From: Occultella glacieicola
Lineage (GTDB): Bacteria > Actinomycetota > Actinomycetes > Actinomycetales > Beutenbergiaceae
DNA: 24,751 nt
Reading direction: 5' to 3'
Assembly (NCBI RefSeq): GCF_004353825.1
Contig: NZ_SMNA01000002.1
Coordinates: forward strand, 558,001 to 582,751
In this document: positions 9,135-18,321 of the stretch, one piece after another
How positions within the stretch are numbered: position 1 is the first letter of the stretch
Layout: each line of letters opens with the position of its first letter
Notes under the pieces: generated by a model
Told to the model about the DNA's origin: nothing
Seen by the model: the letters and a program-made list of their open reading frames with translations, nothing else
The model's database searches: none
Translations under genes and position numbers: made by a program

Positions 9135-9655
9135 CCACCACGACCCTGTCCCTGGCCGACCGCTGGCGGCGCTTCACCTACGTCCAGACCGTCGAACTGT
9201 TCCTCGATGCGATGCCGCGCCGGCGCCGGCGGGCCGTGCTCGCCGAGCTGCGCGAGAACATCGACGCCGCGACCGCCGACGTCGGCCTGCCGACCGCCCT
9301 CGCCGACCTCGGTCGGCCGAGCGACCTGGCCGCCCGGTACCTGGAGTCCGAACCACCCGACCGGCCGACCTGGCACATCGGCGCCCTTGCCGCCTCGATC
9401 GTGTTCGCGGCCTGGCTGCTCGGTACCGTGGTGTACACGTTCGGCATGCTGGACGCGCTCCTGGCGCTCTCCCCGGCGACCTCGGTCGCGGAGGGCAGTT
9501 TCTTCGGGGTCGGGATCCGCGCCGAGGCGGGCCCGGAGGTGCTCGCCGCCGAGTTCCGCGGCGTCTCCTGGCCGGCCGTGGTCGCGATGGTCGTGATCTT
9601 CGGGCTGTTCTCGCGCCTCTGGCGGGTCCTGCCCGGCGCGCGCCGGGTCTCCTGA
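9131..9655 (+). CDS. Membrane protein with N-terminal HAAS/DUF1700-like helical domain
   Basis: ATGA overlap with padR stop, SD GAGGAGG; Y...V...L..MP...RRAVLAELRENI...ALADLGRP..LA..Y followed by hydrophobic helices, the typical PadR partner. Confidence 0.78.
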   Translation: MTTTTLSLADRWRRFTYVQTVELFLDAMPRRRRRAVLAELRENIDAATADVGLPTALADLGRPSDLAARYLESEPPDRPTWHIGALAASIVFAAWLLGTVVYTFGMLDALLALSPATSVAEGSFFGVGIRAEAGPEVLAAEFRGVSWPAVVAMVVIFGLFSRLWRVLPGARRVS

Positions 9656-9668
9656 GCCGGCCGCCGGT

Positions 9669-11330
9669 TCAGCAGACCGTCGCGGGCAGACCGGAGACCT
9701 CGACCGGCAGGGTCCCCGGCGCGGGTGCGGCACCGGTCAGTACGGCGGCCACCGCCTCGAACGCCTGCGCCGTGCGGCCGTAGACGGCGAGCCGCGTCGG
9801 CGCGTCGGTCTCGGTGAGCAGCCAGGGCTCGTCCAGGAGCACGGCCACGTCGGCACTGCCCGACGGCGTCGCTCCGGTCAGCAGCCGCACGTCGGTGTCC
9901 GCGGGCTGCTCGAGCGCGACCACGTCGAGGCCGGCGGCCTCGGCCGCGGCCACGAAACCATCCCAGTCCGCGCGGCTGCCGCCCCGCACGTGGATCGTGT
10001 CGCCGGCAAGGGCACGGCCGCACTGCCCGGCCACCTGGGTGATGGCGGCCGCCGACAGCGCGAGCGACGCCGGTGCCGCGGACCCGACGTCCGCCGTCGT
10101 CACGGCCTGCGCGTCGGCGGCGATCGCGGCCTGCCAGCGCATCAGGGCGATCACCCGGCCCGCCGCCTCGTCCACCCGGTCCCGGCCCAGGCTGCCGTCA
10201 GCGAGTGCGGCGACGATGCCCGCGTGTGCCGCCGGGACGTCGACCGGCCCGAGCAGCAGGTCTGCGCCGGCCTGCAGGGCCAGGACGGCGATCTCGGCGG
10301 AGCTCCAGGTCTGGGTGAGCGCACCCATGTCCAGGCCGTCGGTGATCGCCACCCCAGTGAAGCCGAGGTCCTCGCGCAGGACCCGGTAGGCCTCGGGCGA
10401 GACCGACGCGGGCACCCCCGGGTCCCATGCCTCGACGGCGATGTGGCCCATCATCACGGTCGGGGCACCCGCGTCGACGGCCCGCTCGAACGGCACCAGG
10501 TCCCGGGCCGCGAGCTCGGCGGCGCTCGCTCCCTGTACGGGCAGCCCCTGGTGGGAGTCGACGGTCAGCGAGCCGTGCCCCGGAAAGTGCTTGACGCTCG
10601 AGATCACGCCACCGGCGGTGAAGCCCGCAGTCGCGGCGGTGACGGCACGGGCGGCTCGTTCGGGGTCGGAACTCGCCGCCCGCATCCCGATGGTGACGTC
10701 CGCGGGCCCGACCGTGACGTCGGCGTCCGGGGCGAAGTCGTAGTTCAGGCCGGAGGCCCGCAGTTCCAGCGCCATCGCCTCGGCGGCCGCCGACGTCACG
10801 GCCGGGTCGTCCGCGGCGCCCGCGGACATGAAGGTCGGGAACGAGGTCCAGGGTCCCGCCGCGGCACCGAGCCGTTGCACCAGCCCGCCCTCGTTGTCCA
10901 CCGCGAAGGCCGCCGGCCAGTCCCGGCCCGACTCCGCCTGGGCCGCCTGCAGCGCCGAACCGGTGGCGGCCACCTGGTCCACGGAGGCGACGTTCTCGGA
11001 GAACAGCACGAGGCCGGCGAGGTGATGGGCGGTGAGGGCGGCGGCCGCTGCCGCGGGGTCGGTACCGGGGTAGCGGGCGAGCAGCACCTGCCCGGCGACC
11101 TCCTCGGGACTCATCGCGGCGGCAACGGCCGTGGCCTCCGCGACGTCGGTGGGGGTCGGCCCCCAGGCGAGCGGCTCCTCCGTCGGCTCCGGGCTGGTCG
11201 GCGTCGGGCTCTCGGTGGTGCCTGTGGGTTCGGTCGGGGTCGGTTCGGGCGGTGAGGTCGGGGTGCAGGCGGTCGCCGCGAGCGCCAGTGCCACCGCAAG
11301 CCCGAGGACGGCCGATCCCGGCCGCCTCAT
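9669..11330 (-). CDS. Glycoside hydrolase family 3 beta-N-acetylhexosaminidase (NagZ-like), predicted lipoprotein
   Basis: KHFPGHG-x4-DSH signature, VDNEGG, ITDGLDM nucleophile; signal MRR...LALAATA-C then P/T/E linker; ATGA overlap with tsaD stop. Confidence 0.9.
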   Translation of the reverse strand: MRRPGSAVLGLAVALALAATACTPTSPPEPTPTEPTGTTESPTPTSPEPTEEPLAWGPTPTDVAEATAVAAAMSPEEVAGQVLLARYPGTDPAAAAAALTAHHLAGLVLFSENVASVDQVAATGSALQAAQAESGRDWPAAFAVDNEGGLVQRLGAAAGPWTSFPTFMSAGAADDPAVTSAAAEAMALELRASGLNYDFAPDADVTVGPADVTIGMRAASSDPERAARAVTAATAGFTAGGVISSVKHFPGHGSLTVDSHQGLPVQGASAAELAARDLVPFERAVDAGAPTVMMGHIAVEAWDPGVPASVSPEAYRVLREDLGFTGVAITDGLDMGALTQTWSSAEIAVLALQAGADLLLGPVDVPAAHAGIVAALADGSLGRDRVDEAAGRVIALMRWQAAIAADAQAVTTADVGSAAPASLALSAAAITQVAGQCGRALAGDTIHVRGGSRADWDGFVAAAEAAGLDVVALEQPADTDVRLLTGATPSGSADVAVLLDEPWLLTETDAPTRLAVYGRTAQAFEAVAAVLTGAAPAPGTLPVEVSGLPATVC

Positions 11331-12376
11331 GCGTGGGCGAGCACGTCGGTCAGGGGCATGCCGGAGTCGATGGTGATGTCCAGGGTCGAGGGCGGGAGTC
11401 CGGCGGCGACGACCGCAGAGCCGAGGGCCGCGATCATGGCGCCGTTGTCCGTGCAGTACCGGATCGGTGGGATCCGGACGGTGACGCCGGCCTCGCCGAG
11501 TCGCTCGGCGGCCAGCGCTCGCAGCCGGGAGTTCGCCGAGAACCCGCCACCGATGACCACCGTGTTCACCCCGTGTGCCTCGCATGCGGTCAGGGTCTTG
11601 GTGACCAGGACGTCCGCGACAGCCTCGGAGAACGAGGCTGCGATGTCGGCCGCGGGAACCTCCTGGCCGGCGTCCTGGTAGCCCTCGACGACCCGGGCCA
11701 CGGCGGTCTTGAGCCCGGAGAACGAGAAGTCGTAGGGGTGCCGGGCGAGGTCCTTGCCCCGGCTGAGGCCGCGGGGGAAGGCGATCGCGGCCGGGTCGCC
11801 CGTCTGGGCGAGGCGGTCGACGTGCGGGCCGCCGGGGTACGGCAGCCCGAGGAGGCGGCCGACCTTGTCGAACGCCTCGCCCGCCGCGTCGTCGAGGGTC
11901 TGGCCGAGCTCGGTCACGTCGGTCGCGATGTCCCGGACCAGGAGCAGGCTCGAGTGGCCTCCGGAGACCACGAGGCCGAGGAACTCCTGCGGGAACGGCC
12001 CGTGCACGAGCGCGTCGACGGCCACGTGGCCGAGCACGTGGTTCACCCCGTAGAGCGGCCGGTCGATCGCGACCGCGAGCGCCTTGGCCGCGGACACACC
12101 GACGGTCAGCGAGCCCACCAGGCCGGGTCCCGCCGTCACCGCGACGGCGTCGACGTCGGCCAGGTCCACCTCCGCACGCTCGAGCGCGGCGTCCAGGGTC
12201 GGAACGAAGGATTCCAGGTGGGCACGGCTTGCGACCTCGGGCACGATGCCGCCGAACCGGGCGTGGTCGTCCATCGACGACGCGGTCACGTCGGTGAGCA
12301 GGTCCAGACCCCGGGTCAGGGCGATCCCGGTCTCGTCGCAGGAGGTCTCGATGCCGAGGACGAGCGGTTGCACCAT
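11327..12376 (-). CDS. tsaD: tRNA N6-adenosine threonylcarbamoyltransferase
   Basis: [60 protein letters not shown]. Confidence 0.97.
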   Translation of the reverse strand: MVQPLVLGIETSCDETGIALTRGLDLLTDVTASSMDDHARFGGIVPEVASRAHLESFVPTLDAALERAEVDLADVDAVAVTAGPGLVGSLTVGVSAAKALAVAIDRPLYGVNHVLGHVAVDALVHGPFPQEFLGLVVSGGHSSLLLVRDIATDVTELGQTLDDAAGEAFDKVGRLLGLPYPGGPHVDRLAQTGDPAAIAFPRGLSRGKDLARHPYDFSFSGLKTAVARVVEGYQDAGQEVPAADIAASFSEAVADVLVTKTLTACEAHGVNTVVIGGGFSANSRLRALAAERLGEAGVTVRIPPIRYCTDNGAMIAALGSAVVAAGLPPSTLDITIDSGMPLTDVLAHA

Positions 12377-12431
12377 GGCTCAACCTTACGTCCCGCGGGT
12401 GGCTCGGTGCCCCGCCGGTGGGGACGTCGGG

Positions 12432-13373
12432 CTACTCGCCCGGGTCCGGCGTGGCCGCGGACGGCGGGACCGGGTCGAACCCGGTCGCCACCGGCCGGTC
12501 GGAGTCGGCGGACCACTGGGACCAGGAACCCGGATACAGGGTCGCGGGTACGCCGATGCTGGCCAGGGCGGCGACCTCGTGGGCAGCCGTGACGCCGGAC
12601 CCGCAGTAGACGACGACCTCCACGTCGGGTGCGACCCCGGCCAGGGCGAACCGTTCCCGGAGTTGCTCCGCGGGGCGGAAGGTGAGGTCCTCGGTCAGGT
12701 TCGCGTCGGTCGGCGCACTCCGGGCACCCGGGATGTGCCCGGCGCGTGGGTCGATCGGTTCGTTGGCACCGGAGTAGCGCTCCGCGGCGCGCGCGTCCAG
12801 GAGTACCGCGCCTGCGCCGTCGGGACGGTCGGCGAGCTCGGCCACCCGTGCCGCGTCGGCCACGGGCATGCCACCGGCGCTCAGCCGCACGCCGCCCGGG
12901 TCGACGCCGACCGCCCCGTCCTCGAGAATCCCACCGATGCCGTGCCAGGCGGCGAGGCCGCCGTCGAGGATGCGGACGTCGGCGATGCCGCCCCACCGCA
13001 GCAACCACCAGGCGCGCGCGGCGGCGGTGCCGCCCGAGTCGTCGTACACCACCACGGTGTCGCCGTCGTCGATGCCCCAGCGCCGCGCCGCGGCCTCCAG
13101 GTCCGCGACCTCGGGGAGCGGATGACGCCCGGCCTCGGGTGCCGGTGGGCCGGACAGGTCGCCGTCGAGGTCGACGTACTGAGCACCGGGGATGTGGCCG
13201 GCGATGTAGAACCGGCGCCCGTCGGGTTCGGCGAGCGACCAGCGCACGTCGAGGACCACGAGGCGAGCGGCGCCGTCGGACCCGAGCAGGTCCTGCAGTT
13301 CGGCGGCGGTGATCAGGACCGAGGCCCGATGGGCGCTGGTGCCGCTGCTGCCGGTGTCGCCTTCGAACGTCAC
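12432..13373 (-). CDS. Tandem-domain rhodanese/3-mercaptopyruvate sulfurtransferase (SseA-like)
   Basis: GHIPGA twice, GRHPLP, ARAWWLL, LDGG, active loop YCGSGVTA, LYPGSWSQW; SD GAGGAG before GTG 13373. Confidence 0.92.
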   Translation of the reverse strand: MTFEGDTGSSGTSAHRASVLITAAELQDLLGSDGAARLVVLDVRWSLAEPDGRRFYIAGHIPGAQYVDLDGDLSGPPAPEAGRHPLPEVADLEAAARRWGIDDGDTVVVYDDSGGTAAARAWWLLRWGGIADVRILDGGLAAWHGIGGILEDGAVGVDPGGVRLSAGGMPVADAARVAELADRPDGAGAVLLDARAAERYSGANEPIDPRAGHIPGARSAPTDANLTEDLTFRPAEQLRERFALAGVAPDVEVVVYCGSGVTAAHEVAALASIGVPATLYPGSWSQWSADSDRPVATGFDPVPPSAATPDPGE

Positions 13374-13377
13374 GTGC

Positions 13378-13890
13378 TCACTCCTCGATCGCCTCGGCTC
13401 CGACCGGGCCGAGTCCCCGACGGTGGGGGCGCTCCAACGGTAGCCGCATCACGAGCGCGTCCGCGCCCTCGGGCTGGTAGTAGCGACGCCGGACCCCGAG
13501 GGCCTCGAACCCGAACGACCGGTACAGCGCCTGGGCGCCCTCGTCGTGCAGGCGGACCTCGAGGAACACGGCCTCGGCCGACACGGACCGGGCTCGCGCG
13601 ATCAGTTCGGCGAGCATCAGCCGGGCCAGTCCGCGGCGGCGGTGTGTCGGGGCGACGCCGATCGTCATGACCGTGCTCTCGGGCGCCAGCGCGACGCCGG
13701 CATACCCGACCACCAGACCGGGCTCGGTCTCGACGACGACGTAGTGCCGGTCCGACCGGGCCAGCTCGGACTCGTACGAGGCGCGCGACCAGGCGCCGGC
13801 GCCGAAGAGCACCGGCTCCAGTTCGATCACCCGGTCCAGGTCCGCCCCCGACATCGGGCGCAGGCGGTCGGGCGGCGCACCATCGGTCAC
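13378..13890 (-). CDS. rimI: Ribosomal-protein-alanine N-acetyltransferase (GNAT)
   Basis: VMTIGVAP..RRRGLA, FLEVR, AQALY..FGF, RRRYY, DALVM; GTGA overlap with tsaB stop. Confidence 0.9.
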   Translation of the reverse strand: MTDGAPPDRLRPMSGADLDRVIELEPVLFGAGAWSRASYESELARSDRHYVVVETEPGLVVGYAGVALAPESTVMTIGVAPTHRRRGLARLMLAELIARARSVSAEAVFLEVRLHDEGAQALYRSFGFEALGVRRRYYQPEGADALVMRLPLERPHRRGLGPVGAEAIEE

Positions 13891-14603
13891 GAGGCGCGCT
13901 TGCGGCCGGGTGCGGCGTGGATGTCCGGGCGGCGTAGATAGCGGGGGGCCGTGGTGAGGTCTCCACCGGAGCCGAGCCGGGCTGTCGTGATCCGGCCGAG
14001 GACGATCGGGTCGACGACCGCAGCGAGTGCGTCGGGTACGGCGTGGGCGGCGAACGCGTCGGGGTACAGGGCCGCGCCGCGCCCGACCACCGCCCCTTCG
14101 GCGATCGGGTCCGGGAACCGGGATGCCACCTCGGCGGGGGTGTCCACCCCGGGACCGCCGAGTGTGTGCACGTCGAAGGGGGCTGGGCCGTCCGCCAGGG
14201 CGGCGGGGCGGTAGTGCGCCCAGTAGACCTCGCGCCGGCGGGCGTCCGTGAGTGCGAGGACCTCGGCGTCCGGCCCGGCGCTCACCAGGGCGGCGTAGCC
14301 GAGCGCGTCCAGCGAGCACACCCCGTGCACACCGATGCCCAGGGCCCGGCCCATCGTCATCGCGGTGACCAGGCCGACCCGCAGCCCGGTGAACGGAGCC
14401 GGGCCCGTGCCGACCGCGATGGCGGTGAGGTCACGTGGCGTGATCCCCGCCCCGTGCAGCACGGACTCGATCATCGGAGTGAGGGTCTCGGTGTGCCTGC
14501 GGGCGTCGCCGCTCCGCTCGGTGCCGAGCGGGTCCTCGCCACACAGGAGCCCGACGGCGCCGCCGTCCGAGGTGTCGAGGCACAGGATCAGTGGTTCACG
14601 CAC
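13887..14603 (-). CDS. tsaB: tRNA threonylcarbamoyladenosine biosynthesis protein TsaB
   Basis: LCLDTS, RHTETL, VGTGPAPFTGLRVG, DARRREVY, PRYLRRPD; GTG 14603 overlaps the tsaE-domain stop. Confidence 0.95.
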   Translation of the reverse strand: MREPLILCLDTSDGGAVGLLCGEDPLGTERSGDARRHTETLTPMIESVLHGAGITPRDLTAIAVGTGPAPFTGLRVGLVTAMTMGRALGIGVHGVCSLDALGYAALVSAGPDAEVLALTDARRREVYWAHYRPAALADGPAPFDVHTLGGPGVDTPAEVASRFPDPIAEGAVVGRGAALYPDAFAAHAVPDALAAVVDPIVLGRITTARLGSGGDLTTAPRYLRRPDIHAAPGRKRAS

Positions 14604-16293
14604 GGTCCCACTGTAGGTCGATCCCGGCCCAGCGTGGGCCGACGCCATGCAGCCGCGCCACCCGCCCGGGTTCGGGCCCCTCCGGGTCGGTTCCGGCACC
14701 GCGTGGCCGCTCAAGGCTGACCTCCAACCGATCCTCGGACAGGGACTCGACCATGCCCTCGCCCCACTCGACGACCGTGACCGAGTCGTCCAGCGAGGCA
14801 TCCAGGTCGAGTGCGTCGACCTCGTCGAGGGAGCCGAGCCGGTAGGCGTCCACGTGCACCAGGTCCGGCCCGCCGACGAGGCTCGGGTGGACTCGGGCGA
14901 TGATGAAGGTGGGCGAGGCGATCGGGCCGCGGACCCCGAGGCCGTCGCCGACCCCCCGGGTGAGGGTCGTCTTGCCGGCGCCGAGGTCGCCAGTGAGGAC
15001 CACCAGGTCCCCCGCACGCAGCAGACCGGCCAGGTGTCGCCCGAGCGCCTCGGTCGCCTCCTGGTCCGGCAGGTTCACAGCGAGCGCCGCGCCGCCGGTC
15101 CCCGTCGCGTCCGTGGCCTGGGCCGCGCCGAGATATTCGCGCGGGATCCGCGGACCGATCCGGGTGACGATCTCGTAGTCGATCGTGCCGACGGCGTCGG
15201 CCCAGTCGCGTACGGTCGGTTCGCCGTCGTCCCCGGCACCGAACAGCACGGCGACCTCCCCCGCCTCGAGGCGGCCGGCATCGGGGCCGAGGTCGAGGAC
15301 GAACTGGTCCATGCAGACCCGGCCGGCGACGGTGTGCCGGCGGCCGGCGACCTGGACCGGCGCGACGTTGGAGGCGTGCCGGGGGATGCCGTCGCCGTAG
15401 CCGAGCGGCACCACCCCGAGCACCGTGTCCCGGGTCGTCGTGTAGGTGTGGCCGTAGGAGACGCCCTGGCCCGCCGGGGCCGCCTTGACCAGTTCCAGGT
15501 CCGCCTCCAGTCGCATGGCCGGGCGCAGGCCGAGGTCCGCGGCGCTGCGGTGCGCGAACGGGGACAGCCCGTACCCGGCCAGGCCGGGACGGACGAGGTC
15601 GTAGTGGGTCCGGGGATGGGCGAGGGTCGCCGCCGAGTTCGCGAGGTGGCGCACCTCGAGCCGGGCCCCCGCCGCCTCCGCGCGGCCCAGGGCCTCGTCG
15701 AAGACCTCGATCTGCGCCGCCACGCTCGGGTGGTCCTCCTCGTCGGCGCGCGCCAGGTGGGACCAGACGCCGACCACGCGTACCTCGCCGCGCTGCTCCG
15801 CGTCGAGGGCGGCATGCAGCAGGTCGGTCCAGGGTTCCAGGAACGACCCGCCGCGGCCGAGCCCGGTGTCCACCTTCAGGTGCACCCGCGCGGGCCGGCC
15901 CGCGACCCGGGCCGCATCGACCACCTCGGTGAGGGCCCACCGCGCCGGCACGGTGACGTCGATGTCGGCAGCGATCGCGGCCTCGAACGGTGCCCCCGGC
16001 GCGTAGACCCAGGCGAGCACGGGGACCTCGTGGCCGGCCGCACGAAGCGCGAACGCGCCGTCGAGCTGCGCCGTGCCGAGCCACGTGGCCCCGGCCTCGA
16101 CGGCGGCCCCCGCCACCGGGAGCAGACCGTGTCCGTATCCGTCCGCCTTGACCACGGCCATCAGCGCGGCCGACGGCGCCGCGTACGCCAGGCGGCGCAG
16201 GTTCGCCCTGATCGCGTCGAGATCGACGATGACTCGGGCCGGGTAGTAGCCCATGCCCGTGTCGGGTGCGGGCTCGCTCATGCTGGGTTCCAC
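14596..16293 (-). CDS. alr-tsaE: Fused alanine racemase / TsaE ATPase
   Basis: Alr: AVVKADGYGHG, HLKVDTG, HLANS, VSYG, GYGDG, GRVCMDQ, YEIVT; in-frame TsaE: GDLGAGKT, SPTF, HVDAYRL, VEWG; no intervening stop. Start GTG 16293 (alternatives ATG 16281, 16254). Confidence 0.92.
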   Translation of the reverse strand: MEPSMSEPAPDTGMGYYPARVIVDLDAIRANLRRLAYAAPSAALMAVVKADGYGHGLLPVAGAAVEAGATWLGTAQLDGAFALRAAGHEVPVLAWVYAPGAPFEAAIAADIDVTVPARWALTEVVDAARVAGRPARVHLKVDTGLGRGGSFLEPWTDLLHAALDAEQRGEVRVVGVWSHLARADEEDHPSVAAQIEVFDEALGRAEAAGARLEVRHLANSAATLAHPRTHYDLVRPGLAGYGLSPFAHRSAADLGLRPAMRLEADLELVKAAPAGQGVSYGHTYTTTRDTVLGVVPLGYGDGIPRHASNVAPVQVAGRRHTVAGRVCMDQFVLDLGPDAGRLEAGEVAVLFGAGDDGEPTVRDWADAVGTIDYEIVTRIGPRIPREYLGAAQATDATGTGGAALAVNLPDQEATEALGRHLAGLLRAGDLVVLTGDLGAGKTTLTRGVGDGLGVRGPIASPTFIIARVHPSLVGGPDLVHVDAYRLGSLDEVDALDLDASLDDSVTVVEWGEGMVESLSEDRLEVSLERPRGAGTDPEGPEPGRVARLHGVGPRWAGIDLQWDRA

Positions 16294-16297
16294 CGAC

Positions 16298-17953
16298 TCA
16301 GTGTGCCAGGATTCCGCGGATGGCCTCGGGCACGGACGCGGCCACGTCCGACGCCGTGATCGGTGCGCCGTGGGCGGCGAGGACTCCGGCGCGCCCGTGC
16401 ACGAGGGCGCCCGCGGCAGCCAGCACGGCCGGCGGACCGTCGGAGCCCGCCAGCAGGGCCCCGACGATGCCGGCGAGGACGTCCCCCGATCCGGCCGTCG
16501 CGAGCCAGCCGGTGCCGTCGGCCTGGCTGTACCACGCCCCCTCGGGACCGGCGACGACGGTGACCGGCCCCTTGAGCAGCACCACGGCCCCGGTGAGCTC
16601 CGCCGCCCGCTGCGCCCACCGGCCCGGGTCCGCCTCGATCGCGGCTCGCTCGACCGGTTCGCCGCGGCCATCCAGCAGGCGCGCGAGCTCGCCGGCGTGC
16701 GGGGTGAGGACCACGCGCCGGCGGGCCAGGGCGGTGGGGTCGGCAGGCAACCAGTCCAGTCCGCCGGCATCCACGACCAGGGCCACGCCGGGGTCCGCGA
16801 TCGCCTGGGCGGCCGCCTCCGGAACGGGTTCCCCGGCGGCGATCCCGGATCCCATCACCATGGCCTGCACCCGGCCGGGGGCGGTGACGACCTCGGGGTG
16901 CCGGGCCAGCACCATCCGGGCCGCGCCCGCGGGACCGAGGTAGCGGACCATCCCGCAGCCGGTCCGTAGGGCGCCGCTGCTGGAGAGGACCGCCGCCCCC
17001 GGATAGGCGTCCGAGCCCGCGACCAGCCCGAGCACCCCGCGCGTGTACTTGTGGTCCGCGGGACCGGGAACGGGCCACAGGTCGGCCACGTCCGCGTCGA
17101 GCAGGCGGCGCACCACGGCGGGCCGCGCCGCGACGGCCTCGGCCAGACCGAGGTCGACGACCTGCACGTCGCCGGCCTCGGCAGCGGCGGGCGGCAGCAG
17201 AAGGGCCGGCTTGAGCCCGATCATCGTGACCGTGATGTCGGCCCGGAGCACCTCGCCCGGCACCGCGCCGCCGTCGGCCTCGAGCCCGCTGGGCAGGTCG
17301 ACGGCCACGACCAGCGGGGCCACGGCGGACCGTTCCCGGCGCTCGTTCAGAGCCCTCGCGACCTCACCCGACACCCCGCGCAGGCCGCCGGTGAGGCCGA
17401 TACCCGCGATGGCGTCGACCCAGATCTCCGCCGCCTCGGCCGCGGCGAGCACGGGAGCCAACTCGGCCCTGTCGGCCCTGTCGGCACTCTCGCCCCTGTC
17501 GGCACTGTCAACGCCTTGGGCACTGTCGGCGCTCTCGGCACTTTCGGCACTGTGGCCGCTGCTCGCCTCGGCATCGGCTCGTCCGGCCGCCCGGTCCGGC
17601 GTCGGGGCCGGTGGCGGTGGCGGTGGCGGAGTGGTGGTCGGTAGGAGTCGGACCCCGGCTCGTCGCGCGGCGGCGAGTCCCTCGGGATGTACCCGCTCGC
17701 GCAGCAGCGCGGCGGTGACCAGCAGGCCCCGGCGGGCGAGGTACGCGGCCGCGAACAGCCCGTCGCCGCCGTTGTTCCCACCGCCGACCAGGACCAGGGC
17801 GCGGGCGCCCACGAGAGCGAGCCCCCGCCGTCGGGCCTCGGCCACGGCCGCGGACGCGACCGCGTAGGCGGCCCGCTCCATCAACGGCTCGCCGGCCGCG
17901 AGCGCCGGCGCCTCAACGGCCCGGATCGACTCGGCCCGATACGCGAGTCTCAT
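16298..17953 (-). CDS. nnr: Bifunctional NAD(P)H-hydrate epimerase/dehydratase
   Basis: LMERA, GGGNNGGDG, AVDLPSG (YjeF_N); HKYTRG, YPGAA, TPHAGE, LKG, LATAGSGDVLAG (dehydratase); start ATG 17953. Confidence 0.93.
   Translation of the reverse strand: MRLAYRAESIRAVEAPALAAGEPLMERAAYAVASAAVAEARRRGLALVGARALVLVGGGNNGGDGLFAAAYLARRGLLVTAALLRERVHPEGLAAARRAGVRLLPTTTPPPPPPPAPTPDRAAGRADAEASSGHSAESAESADSAQGVDSADRGESADRADRAELAPVLAAAEAAEIWVDAIAGIGLTGGLRGVSGEVARALNERRERSAVAPLVVAVDLPSGLEADGGAVPGEVLRADITVTMIGLKPALLLPPAAAEAGDVQVVDLGLAEAVAARPAVVRRLLDADVADLWPVPGPADHKYTRGVLGLVAGSDAYPGAAVLSSSGALRTGCGMVRYLGPAGAARMVLARHPEVVTAPGRVQAMVMGSGIAAGEPVPEAAAQAIADPGVALVVDAGGLDWLPADPTALARRRVVLTPHAGELARLLDGRGEPVERAAIEADPGRWAQRAAELTGAVVLLKGPVTVVAGPEGAWYSQADGTGWLATAGSGDVLAGIVGALLAGSDGPPAVLAAAGALVHGRAGVLAAHGAPITASDVAASVPEAIRGILAH
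17463..17552. repeat. Ten imperfect 9-bp tandem repeats (TCGGCACTG consensus on +) inside nnr
   Basis: Units tcggccctg, tcggccctg, tcggcactc, tcgcccctg, tcggcactg, tcaacgcct, tgggcactg, tcggcgctc, tcggcactt, tcggcactg; encode S/R-A-D/E tripeptides. Confidence 0.85.
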
Positions 17954-17960
17954 CGCCGGG

Positions 17961-18311
17961 TCACCGTTCGGCGACGGCGACCGCGGAGGCGATGCCGGCA
18001 TCGTGGGAGATCGACAGGTGCCAGGACGTGATACCGAGGCGCTCGGCGACGGCGGCCACCGACCCGGTCAGGTCGACGACCGGTGCGCCACCGATGACGC
18101 GGTGCACGGTGGCGTCCTGCCAGCTCATGCCACCGGGTGCGCCGAGCGCCTTCGCGATGGCCTCCTTCGCGGCGAACCGGGCGGCGAGCGAGGCCGGCGG
18201 GAGTTCCCGTTCGGCCGGGGTGAACAGACGCTCCCGCAGTCTCGGGGTCCGCTCCAGCGTCGCGAGGAAGCGGGCGACATCCACGACGTCGATGCCCACT
18301 CCGACGATCAC
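17961..18311 (-). CDS. acpS: Holo-[acyl-carrier-protein] synthase
   Basis: [35 protein letters not shown]. Confidence 0.95.
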   Translation of the reverse strand: MIVGVGIDVVDVARFLATLERTPRLRERLFTPAERELPPASLAARFAAKEAIAKALGAPGGMSWQDATVHRVIGGAPVVDLTGSVAAVAERLGITSWHLSISHDAGIASAVAVAER

Positions 18312-18321
18312 CGCGAGATCC

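Noticed and set aside
9669..12383. 904-aa ORF suggesting a TsaD-GH3 fusion
   Set aside because: Its N-terminal part is an off-frame reading of tsaD; the GH3 has its own ATG at 11330 with a signal peptide.
17463..17552. Tandem repeats as a possible CRISPR array
   Set aside because: Units are 9 bp with no spacers, lie in frame within nnr, and no cas genes are present.
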